Virus record (IMG/VR): IMGVR_UViG_3300046788_000074
Coordinates: 1-34,700 of that record
Reading direction: 5' to 3' (one strand)
Source: a virus
Lineage: Duplodnaviria; Caudoviricetes
Length of the DNA stretch: 34,700 nt
The notes below the pieces were generated by a model that searched no databases, was not told where the DNA came from, and worked only from the letters and a program-made list of their open reading frames with translations. A program made the translations under genes and the position numbers. Positions 8,384-15,898 of the stretch are shown piece by piece; positions within the stretch are counted from its first letter, which is position 1, and every line of letters begins with the position of its first letter.

Positions 8384-8528
8384 TTGTCCGATTAGCTTCT
8401 GAGACGTTCGCCGTTAGCGCGCGGCGTTAGCGGAAAGCCCAGCAAATCGGGGTATCGCGGACGCCCGATCGGACGTCCGACTGGGGCTTGCCCAAATAGG
8501 ACACCGCCGCAACGGTTTTAGCTGATAC

Positions 8529-8556
8529 TCCCGCCATACTATGGTATGATGCGGGA
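8529..8556 (+). promoter_or_regulatory. Extended -10 promoter within a hairpin, just before the HNH gene
   Basis: TG-G-TATGAT (8542-8550) ends 7 nt before ATG 8557, which would give a leaderless mRNA; inverted repeat TCCCGC-CATAC/GTATG-(AT)-GCGGGA. Confidence 0.6.
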
Positions 8557-9138
8557 ATGAATGACACACGCATCAAGAAAGGCCAGCGGCTCAGTCCGGC
8601 CACGGAGTTCAAGCCAGGTCAGCACTGGCGGGCACACGGCAAGCATCGTGAGCGAGACTGGCTGCTTGCCGAATACGTGGAGAAGGGGCGCACCGTTGGT
8701 GATATAGCCAAGGGCTTGGGCCTTACTGAAGTGGCATTGACTTTCTGGATGCGCAAGCATGGCATCGGGCGCCGTTCGACCAGTGAAGTTCGGGCGCTGA
8801 AGAAGTGGACCGTGGCCGGTGCGGCCAATGGCATGTTCGGTAGGACCGGTTCGGCCAATCCGAACTACGTGGATGGCAGCAGCCCAGAGCGCCAGCGGGC
8901 CTATGTGCAGGCTATCGGTAGAGCGTTCTTGCGTGCTGTCTACGAACGCGACGGCTACCGCTGCATGCGGTGTGCCGAACCGAAGGGTGAGCCGCGCAGT
9001 CTGCATGCGCACCACATCGTGCCCTGGGCCGGCAACGAGACGCTACGCTTCGATCTCGCGAACGCTGTTTCGCTCTGCCGTTCGTGCCATTCGTGGGTTC
9101 ACAGCAAGGCGAACACGGAAAGGGCCTATCTGGCGTGA
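8557..9138 (+). CDS. HNH endonuclease (free-standing) with N-terminal DNA-binding modules
   Basis: SPATEFKPG, an HTH-like segment, NGMFGRTGSANPNY (NUMOD3-like), RDGYRCMRC...HAHHIVPW...N.VSLCRSCH. Confidence 0.92.
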   Translation: MNDTRIKKGQRLSPATEFKPGQHWRAHGKHRERDWLLAEYVEKGRTVGDIAKGLGLTEVALTFWMRKHGIGRRSTSEVRALKKWTVAGAANGMFGRTGSANPNYVDGSSPERQRAYVQAIGRAFLRAVYERDGYRCMRCAEPKGEPRSLHAHHIVPWAGNETLRFDLANAVSLCRSCHSWVHSKANTERAYLA

Positions 9139-9233
9139 GTATTCGCTTAATCACTGGAGATTGCAGGGAGGTCCTAGCCGGTATGGCCTCTGGTTCGGTG
9201 CACTGCATCGTAACCAGTCCGCCATACTACTGA
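9135..9233 (+). CDS. N-terminal 32-aa fragment of N4/N6 DNA methyltransferase (contains catalytic SPPY)
   Basis: GTG coupled to the HNH stop; reads MSIRLITGDCREVLAGMASGSVHCIVTSPPYY then TGA; in frame with 9243-11381. Missing from the ORF track. Confidence 0.85.
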   Translation: MSIRLITGDCREVLAGMASGSVHCIVTSPPYY

Positions 9234-9242
9234 AGGAACGGA

Positions 9243-11381
9243 TTGCGCGACTACGGCACGGCGCGGTGGGAAGGTGGCGATGCGGCGTGTGAGCATGCGC
9301 CGCAGATGGGCAAAGCATTCAGCAGCGGCACGTGGCGCAACGGCAAGGACTACAGCGGCGCGCAGAAGGTGTTGAGCCGCGACTGTGCGTGCGGTGCGCG
9401 GCGCATAGACGCCCAGCTCGGGCTTGAGCCTACGCCGGATGCCTACATTGCGGCGATGGTGGGGGTGTTCCGCGAGGTGCGCCGCGTGCTGCGGGATGAC
9501 GGCACCTGCTGGGTGAATGTAGGCGATTCGTTCTCTAGTGGTAACGGCAAGCGGACGAACAACAACGGCACTGGCGCATCGACGCTGAAGAATGACGGTC
9601 GCGCAGAGGATAGTCGGTTGCACAGTCTGTCGCTCACCAAGACGATAGGCATGGAACTGCCGGAGGTCGAGCATGGCCTCGCGTCCAAGCAGCTGCTGCT
9701 GATGCCGGCGCGGCTGGCGCTTGCGTTGCAGGCGGACGGGTGGTGGGTGCGGTCGGACATCATCTGGGCCAAGCCTAACCCGATGCCGGAGAGCGTGACG
9801 GATCGCTGCGTTAGCGCCCACGAGCACATCTTCATGCTCGCCAAATCCGGCAGCAGCACATACTGGATGCATCGCGATCATGCCGGCTCACGCACACAGC
9901 CGCCGCCGGATTACCGCTGGGTGCATAAGACGACCCGCGAGGAACGCGATAGCGATCCTGGCGATCCGGAGACATGGCGTCGCATCAACCTCTGGCGCGG
10001 GCATGCTTACTTCTATGACGCGGATGCGGTCAGGGAGGAGGCATCGGATGTATCGCTGGTCCGTATCGCGCAGCCGAACTTCGCGCAACAGACGGGCGGC
10101 CCGAAGGACTACGGCACGACCGGCGTCAATGCCAGCCGCTCGATGCGCAGGACGTTGGAGAACTTTGCCGCCAATCCAGGCCGTAACCTGCGTAACGTTT
10201 GGACGATCGCCACTGCGCCATTTAGCGATTGGGGCGAAACCGTCCGTCAGGTCCGTGTGGCAAGGGATGCCGGCGTCGATGGCATGAAGCGCAAAGCGTC
10301 TCCAGATTGTCCAGCGCATGGGGATCATCCTGCCCCGGCTGCCAATGCTGACGATGATGCACATGCAGACGGTTCGTTGAGCCACATTGCACGCAACGGT
10401 GGCCGTCTCGTTCAAGAACAAGCAGGCGGTTTCGCACCAACTGGCCCGCACCATATGCTGATGAACGAAAGACAAAGTTCGGATTTGCCTCTGCTTGGGT
10501 ATGGGCCTTCTGCCATGCTCCATAGCAATCGAAGCCACAGAACGGACCTCGCTCCTGCGACCAGTCCTGCATGTAGCGCCGCCGCTGAAACTGACGACGG
10601 CACTGCACGCACGTCAGAACCACAGGTGTCGGTTGGTTCGGCTGACCGCACTTTGAGGAGCAATAGCGAGCCGGGCGACTTGGGCGGTAGTCCCAGCAAT
10701 CGAACGGCTTCCCGCATCGCTCACACACCAGGCGAACAGGCGTTGTCCTCGGCATCCGATCCATCCCTTTGCACGTGCGAATGGTATATCGAGAAGACCG
10801 AGAAAACCAGCCACTTTGCCACGTTTCCTCCCGAGTTGGCTGCCCGCTGCATCAAAGCCGGAAGTTCGGAACGCGGATGCTGCGCGGCCTGCGGGGCGCC
10901 GTGGGTGCGGGTGACGGAAACCACTCGCACGAAAGACCTGACGCGCCACACGGGACGCGCTGCGGTGGGATGTGACGACCGGACGGATAGCGACTGGCCA
11001 CGGATGATAGCGACAGCCACCACCACCGGCTGGTCGCCGTCGTGCAGGTGTCGCAGCGACGCTTGTGATGCGCCGTATCAGGTCGAGCCTTGCACCGTCC
11101 TGGACCCATTCTCCGGAGCCGGCACCGCCCTCCTGGTTGCGGATCGCCTCGGCCGTGACGCGGTGGGCATCGACCTCAGCCACGCCTACGTGGAGATGAC
11201 CAAAGAGCGCCTCCATGCTGATTGCCCGCTGTTCATGGACATCGGCCCATCACCGCCGCCGGCTGAAGACCCAGAGGACGCGCGGATGGCGGACCTGTTC
11301 GATGTGGCGGCGGACCAGAGCCTCATCGGCAGGGGATGCAGGTATCGTATGGCTGGGTCGACGGGCCGTCTGGCGCGGTGA
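9243..11381 (+). CDS. Beta-class N4-C/N6-A DNA methyltransferase, main part, with several insertions
   Basis: LRDYG, LGLEPTP, FREVRRVLRDDGTCWVNVGDS, IIWAKPNPMPESVTDR, RNVWTI, HFATFPPEL and motif I VLDPFSGAGT. Confidence 0.93.
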   Translation: MRDYGTARWEGGDAACEHAPQMGKAFSSGTWRNGKDYSGAQKVLSRDCACGARRIDAQLGLEPTPDAYIAAMVGVFREVRRVLRDDGTCWVNVGDSFSSGNGKRTNNNGTGASTLKNDGRAEDSRLHSLSLTKTIGMELPEVEHGLASKQLLLMPARLALALQADGWWVRSDIIWAKPNPMPESVTDRCVSAHEHIFMLAKSGSSTYWMHRDHAGSRTQPPPDYRWVHKTTREERDSDPGDPETWRRINLWRGHAYFYDADAVREEASDVSLVRIAQPNFAQQTGGPKDYGTTGVNASRSMRRTLENFAANPGRNLRNVWTIATAPFSDWGETVRQVRVARDAGVDGMKRKASPDCPAHGDHPAPAANADDDAHADGSLSHIARNGGRLVQEQAGGFAPTGPHHMLMNERQSSDLPLLGYGPSAMLHSNRSHRTDLAPATSPACSAAAETDDGTARTSEPQVSVGSADRTLRSNSEPGDLGGSPSNRTASRIAHTPGEQALSSASDPSLCTCEWYIEKTEKTSHFATFPPELAARCIKAGSSERGCCAACGAPWVRVTETTRTKDLTRHTGRAAVGCDDRTDSDWPRMIATATTTGWSPSCRCRSDACDAPYQVEPCTVLDPFSGAGTALLVADRLGRDAVGIDLSHAYVEMTKERLHADCPLFMDIGPSPPPAEDPEDARMADLFDVAADQSLIGRGCRYRMAGSTGRLAR
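10222..10764 (-). CDS. HNH endonuclease nested antisense within the methyltransferase gene
   Basis: Two Zn fingers (CERCG..YCSSKC; CVQC..FCGFDC), ANPNF, RDGHRCVQCGSTNRLHVHH...NLETLCASCH; AAAGGGA SD before ATG 10755; TACCAT -10-like at 10786-10781. Confidence 0.9.
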   Translation of the reverse strand: MDRMPRTTPVRLVCERCGKPFDCWDYRPSRPARYCSSKCGQPNQPTPVVLTCVQCRRQFQRRRYMQDWSQERGPFCGFDCYGAWQKAHTQAEANPNFVFRSSAYGAGQLVRNRLLVLERDGHRCVQCGSTNRLHVHHRQHWQPGQDDPHALDNLETLCASCHRRRHPLPHGPDGRFRPNR

Positions 11382-11440
11382 CGGCGAGGGCGGCAACGCC
11401 GCCGATGAGGAGCAGGCAGATGGCGAGAATGTAATAGGTC

Positions 11441-13156
11441 ATGAGCGCCACCATACACACAACCGGGACGCAAGTCATTACGTGGCCTGACGGGTCAACC
11501 ACGACGGTGCCGATAGACACCACGGTGACGGCGCCGGTGACGGACGTGCCGCCGCCGGATGTGCCGCCTGATCCTGAGGAGCCACCGCCTGTCATCACCA
11601 CAGGGCGGGCGGTGACCATAACGATTGGTGGGCAGCACCACCAGTTTGCCCAGGAGGGTGGGGCGGACCTGGGTGATTACGTGGGGCCGCACTTCACGCA
11701 GCATTGCATCATGGCGACCAACTCCGCGCTACCGGCGCTCAGTGTCATGTTCCGGCCGGATGCGGACGGGAAGCGCGAGGAGGTGGTGTTTGAGTTGGGC
11801 GCCATCTGGCCCACCGAGCCGGCGGCGAACCTGGGCGCATATACGGCCACCATCAGCAAGGATGGGGCGACGCTGGCGACGGTATCCGTGCCGCAGCATT
11901 TTTGGTTCAGCCGCTGGCGCTGGTGCTCGGCGCCTCGGCCGGTGATTGCCGAGGTGTCGGACCTGGTGGCGGGCGGGCTGGTGCCGCGGTTTGATCTGAC
12001 GGCCGGCGGCAACCTGACGCCGCCCTCGTTGCCGGTGACGTATGTCGGGCCGATGGATCTTGCCGGGATCACCCCCTACATGCCGCAGACCGGGAACCGG
12101 TATGATATCGGCATCGTGACCGAGTGGCAGGCGGACTATCTTTGCACGTGCAGCGCGGCCTCGCTGACGTCGACGCTGGCGCAGCTCGAGGGATCGGGAA
12201 CGTTGCCGTGGCATTACCGGGACGAGACGACGGGAGCGCCGCTGGATACGGCGGTGTATCTGCGGGCCAGTAGTTTCAACCAGTGGGAGAGCGATCCGTA
12301 TATCCCGTGGTCGGTGGGGAATACCGGGATCGAACTGGATACCAGCCACGAGCCGGATCTGGCGTTTGTGCCGTTTATCCTGACGGGCGATCCGTATGCC
12401 ATTGAGGAGATGCAGTTCGCGGTGACGTATAATGTCATCAAGCAGAACCCGGCGTATCGCAATTCATATAACATGACCGGCGCGTTGCGGGCGCACGCCT
12501 GGGCGCTGCGGACGATGGCCAACGCGGCGCGGTGCACGCCGGACAACGTGCCGAAGTGGCTGCTGCCGCGGGCGTATTTCCGCACGCTGCTGGATGGCAA
12601 CCGCGACTATGTGGCGGGCACGTATGCCGCGTCGCTGGCGAACCCGTTTCGGGGCATGTGTGTGATGGAGGACGGCCAGGGGGCGCCGGCTGAGACGTAT
12701 ATACCGGCGGATTGTGCGGGTGCGCCGTGGTGGGAGGATTACGAGAGTGCGGTACAGGGGCATGTGATCCAGATGGGGTTCACGGATTGGCTGCCCAATT
12801 TCCAGTGGCAGATCCAGAACCTGGTCGAGCGGACGAATGGCACATCTGGCTGGAAGCGCGGCGCTGCGTTTCCCTACAAGATTGCGCTGCGGGCCGATGC
12901 CTCGTCGCCCTACGCCACTGACTGGGCCAATGCGTGGCACATCAACTGTGGAACGGGAAACTGTGTGGAGGATACCTCCAACGACCATCTGCCGGCGGGC
13001 GATCTGACGTATCCGAGCCTGGGCCTGGCGGCGCTGGCGATTGCGGCTGAACTTGGGATTGCGGGCGCGGCCGCCTGTCATGAGTGGCTGCAGGGCGAGG
13101 TGCATGCGAACGTGGCATCGAACGTGACGATCGGCGCGCGGTGGTGTGTGGTATAG
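11441..13156 (+). CDS. Large hypothetical protein, possibly a polysaccharide-lyase-like alpha/alpha toroid
   Basis: 571 aa; Thr/Pro/Asp linker, then a Trp/Tyr-rich body (DTSHEPDLAFVPFILTGDPY, RAHAWALR). The family call is tentative. Confidence 0.6.
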   Translation: MSATIHTTGTQVITWPDGSTTTVPIDTTVTAPVTDVPPPDVPPDPEEPPPVITTGRAVTITIGGQHHQFAQEGGADLGDYVGPHFTQHCIMATNSALPALSVMFRPDADGKREEVVFELGAIWPTEPAANLGAYTATISKDGATLATVSVPQHFWFSRWRWCSAPRPVIAEVSDLVAGGLVPRFDLTAGGNLTPPSLPVTYVGPMDLAGITPYMPQTGNRYDIGIVTEWQADYLCTCSAASLTSTLAQLEGSGTLPWHYRDETTGAPLDTAVYLRASSFNQWESDPYIPWSVGNTGIELDTSHEPDLAFVPFILTGDPYAIEEMQFAVTYNVIKQNPAYRNSYNMTGALRAHAWALRTMANAARCTPDNVPKWLLPRAYFRTLLDGNRDYVAGTYAASLANPFRGMCVMEDGQGAPAETYIPADCAGAPWWEDYESAVQGHVIQMGFTDWLPNFQWQIQNLVERTNGTSGWKRGAAFPYKIALRADASSPYATDWANAWHINCGTGNCVEDTSNDHLPAGDLTYPSLGLAALAIAAELGIAGAAACHEWLQGEVHANVASNVTIGARWCVV

Positions 13157-13300
13157 GCCCACGGCGAGCGCGGCGCGGCTGTGTCATATGCGGTTGATCT
13201 GCGGATTGGCGGCAGCATCACGCTGATACCGGCGGCGCCGGTCATCGTTGCACGAGTAACGACCCGCATCGGCGGGATCTCAATCACAGGAGCGGGCGAC

Positions 13301-13624
13301 ATGGCATACAACATGCCGGTGCAGACGCAGGTGAATGTGCAGGTTGCCTATGTCGACAAGGGCGGCAACCCTGCGGCGATCGACGGGGAGGTGACGTGGT
13401 CCTCGAGCAATGATGCGATTGTGTCGGTGTCATCGCAGGGGCCGGACATAGCGAACGTGATGGCGATGAGCACGCTTGGCTCGGCGCAGGTGACGGCGAG
13501 CGCCGATGCGGATCTGGGTGCTGGGACGCGGACTCTGCTGACGCTGCTTGATGTCACGGTGGTGGCGGGCGAGGCGGTGGCCGGCACCATCAGCCCGATC
13601 GGTACGCCTGGACCGATCCCGTGA
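13301..13624 (+). CDS. Ig-like (Big_2-type) domain protein (alternative start 13181)
   Basis: VTWSSSNDAIVSV...GSAQVTAS motif; AGGAG SD before ATG 13301. Confidence 0.7.
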   Translation: MAYNMPVQTQVNVQVAYVDKGGNPAAIDGEVTWSSSNDAIVSVSSQGPDIANVMAMSTLGSAQVTASADADLGAGTRTLLTLLDVTVVAGEAVAGTISPIGTPGPIP

Positions 13625-14007
13625 TGCCGTTCGTCGCCGCGCATTCGGAGCGGTATCTCGCCCAGGTCGTGGGCAATGGGCACTGCGTTGCCTACGTCCG
13701 AGCCGCGGCCGACCTGCCTCATACGTCACTCTGGGTGTGTGGTGACCCGGTGGCGACGACGGATATCCCGCGGGGGACGGCTGTCGCCACGTTTGGCACC
13801 ACCGGCAAGTACGAGAACCGCACGGACGGCGCCAGCCACTGCGCGATCTTCCAACAGCAGATCAGCACCGGCATCCGTGTGCTCGACCAGTGGGTGGGCC
13901 ACCCGGTGGCGCATCGTGTGATCCGTTGGAAGGACGGCGTGGGCAAGGCGGCGGATGACGCCAGCTGTTACCACGTGATTGAGACTGCCTTGGTGCCAGA
14001 TGATTGA
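13621..14007 (+). CDS. BPSL0067/Tae2-type Cys-His peptidoglycan amidase, putative endolysin
   Basis: GNGHCVAYV...T.LW..G...GTAVATF...Y.N....SHCAIF...IRVLDQW pattern. Confidence 0.8.
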   Translation: MMPFVAAHSERYLAQVVGNGHCVAYVRAAADLPHTSLWVCGDPVATTDIPRGTAVATFGTTGKYENRTDGASHCAIFQQQISTGIRVLDQWVGHPVAHRVIRWKDGVGKAADDASCYHVIETALVPDD

Positions 14008-14645
14008 GGCCGGAGATGGCAGAGGCAGGCAAGGACGGGTCCACGGCGCTTGGCGTGCTCGACCGGCTCCTGGCATACGCCAGCAGTCCCTGGCGGGCGG
14101 TCGTCATCCTGATCGCCATCGTGATCTGTGGCGTGGGGTGGCTGATCTGGACGGAGCGGGTGCGGATAGCGGACGCGGTGTTGATCGGCGCCAATGAGCG
14201 GGCGATGATGAATGAGGCAGCGTTCATTGCCGACGCGTCGATGCTGCTGCGCAACACCCGCGCTGATTTTGCGCTGCTGACCGAGGTGGACCTGAACGAC
14301 AACCTGATGACGGACAAGGTGGGAATTGATACTGACGGGAACCGCTGGGTGCCGAGCAACGGTCCACAGGAGGCCCTGCACCCCGCGTCGTCGATGCCGA
14401 TGCTGGTGCGGTTTCTGATGAACGAGGTGGTTTGCACCGATACCGCCACCGGCGCAGTCAACGAGGACGCCAAGGCGCTTGCGGCTAAGGGCTACCAGCG
14501 CGAGTGCCTGGTGTCGGTGCCGCCGATACTGGGGGTGGGCGTTGGTGGCCTGGTTGTGGCGTGGAAGGTGGCGCCGTCGCCGGCTGCCGAGGTTCGCGCG
14601 GGGCTGGTGATGCGAACGGCGGCGCTGAAATACGCGACGTGGTGA
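14004..14645 (+). CDS. Single-TM membrane protein, putative holin with large soluble domain
   Basis: TM segment AVVILIAIVICGVGWLIW, then ~150 aa ending CLVSVPP...GGLVVAW; adjacent to the amidase. Confidence 0.5.
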   Translation: MRPEMAEAGKDGSTALGVLDRLLAYASSPWRAVVILIAIVICGVGWLIWTERVRIADAVLIGANERAMMNEAAFIADASMLLRNTRADFALLTEVDLNDNLMTDKVGIDTDGNRWVPSNGPQEALHPASSMPMLVRFLMNEVVCTDTATGAVNEDAKALAAKGYQRECLVSVPPILGVGVGGLVVAWKVAPSPAAEVRAGLVMRTAALKYATW

Positions 14646-14689
14646 AAGAAAGGCCCCGCCGTGCCCGAGCGGGTGGAAAGGTGGTTCAG

Positions 14690-14887
14690 ATGATGCTGGT
14701 AGATACCCTGATCTATGTGCTCATCCTGGTCCTGGTGTTCGGCGTGGTCTGGTACATCATCACGCTGATCCCGCTACCGCATCCATTCGCGCTCATTGCG
14801 CAGCTCATCCTGGGGCTGATCCTGGTGCTGCTGCTCATTAGCTTGCTGTTGGGCGGGCTGCCGCTGCGGCCGCTGAGCCTGCGGTGA
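14690..14887 (+). CDS. Small two-TM membrane protein (possible holin/antiholin)
   Basis: Two hydrophobic helices separated by IPLPHPF; AGGTGG SD. Confidence 0.7.
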   Translation: MMLVDTLIYVLILVLVFGVVWYIITLIPLPHPFALIAQLILGLILVLLLISLLLGGLPLRPLSLR

Positions 14888-14941
14888 GGGCGGATTGCAC
14901 GCGATAACGGCGATTATCACGGGTAATGGAGTTTTGGCAGC

Positions 14942-15154
14942 ATGAAACCATCCCTGTTCGATGCCGAGAGCCTCCCCGAGATGGCCACGCCGGCCTCAGA
15001 GGCGTCGATGGAATGGCGTGAAGCTCAGATGCTGCGGCTCGTCGAGGGCATCCGGTTCAACCCCGAGCGGCTGGCTGCCTATGTCGCTGACAATTCGGAC
15101 GGAACGGGGTTCCTGGACTTTATGATCGAGAGGCTGGGCGGGCGGTCGCAGTGA
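14942..15154 (+). CDS. Hypothetical protein
   Basis: GGAG SD; GTGA coupling to the next gene. Confidence 0.6.
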   Translation: MKPSLFDAESLPEMATPASEASMEWREAQMLRLVEGIRFNPERLAAYVADNSDGTGFLDFMIERLGGRSQ

Positions 15155-15444
15155 AGGGCGTCGTCCAGACCACCCCCTGGACGGACGAGGAGCGGGCGAT
15201 GCTGCGCCGGCTGCGCGCCAACGGGCTCGGAGGCACGCGGATCGGCCTGATGATCGGGCGCAGCAAGTCCAGCGTGGACAAGCAGCTCCGCTATCTGGCG
15301 CTGAACCTCCCCCAGGCGCCGCGGCCGGCATCACCAAAGGTCCCGGAGCGGTCGTCACACGACGCCGGTGGAGGCATTCGCGCCGGCAAGACTACGCTGC
15401 CGCCACTGCCCTCGCTGACTGACGGCCAAGACCCCGCTGGGTGA
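15151..15444 (+). CDS. GcrA N-terminal-like/Myb-like HTH protein
   Basis: WTDEERAMLRRLRANGLGGTRIGLMIGRSKSSV pattern. Confidence 0.7.
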   Translation: MKGVVQTTPWTDEERAMLRRLRANGLGGTRIGLMIGRSKSSVDKQLRYLALNLPQAPRPASPKVPERSSHDAGGGIRAGKTTLPPLPSLTDGQDPAG

Positions 15445-15523
15445 GGCCCGACGGCGGCCGCTCGCGTCGTTGCCTGGCGAAGGCGCGCGTGGGGACTGCC
15501 GGCGCTGAGGAGGCCCCCATGGG

Positions 15524-15613
15524 GTGTACTGGTTCGCCTGTCTGATCGCTCTTGTGACCACCACCTGGGCTGCCCTCGCGCTGATCGCCTGGGCCATCAT
15601 GGAGATGTTGTGA
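15524..15613 (+). CDS. Possible 29-aa membrane peptide
   Basis: GAGGAGG SD, GTG start, reads MYWFACLIALVTTTWAALALIAWAIMEML; fills an intergenic gap. Confidence 0.4.
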   Translation: MYWFACLIALVTTTWAALALIAWAIMEML

Positions 15614-15616
15614 CCG

Positions 15617-15898
15617 ATGGCTGACTGCTGCAAGACCGATCTTGTCCCTCTTGTGCACGTCTATCGAGGCACGATGGAGGGACACCGCTTCACTGCGGTG
15701 ATTTGCCAAGGTTGTGGTGAAGCCATCATCAAAGAGACGGCAACCAATTGGACGTTAACGAGTAATCCGTTCCACGCGGTGACGCTGGACGATTACAAGC
15801 AACTACGTGAGGAGGATAAGGCGCGCCTGATCGGGGCGACGCTAGAGCCAATCAGGGCAAGCGTCCTCATAGAGAAGGCAACCAATGCCGCGTCCTAA
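15617..15898 (+). CDS. Hypothetical Cys-containing protein
   Basis: CC...CQGC; lower GC than neighbours; overlaps the portal start. Confidence 0.55.
   Translation: MADCCKTDLVPLVHVYRGTMEGHRFTAVICQGCGEAIIKETATNWTLTSNPFHAVTLDDYKQLREEDKARLIGATLEPIRASVLIEKATNAAS

Noticed and set aside
9231-9233. Genome-wide TGA reassignment
   Set aside because: TGA terminates many genes here with tight ATGA/GTGA coupling, so any readthrough would be local.
10224-10811. Intein or group I intron explanation for the MTase insertion
   Set aside because: No intein block A/B/G motifs and no terminal HN. The antisense ORF and its promoter fill the insert, leaving no room for a ribozyme core.
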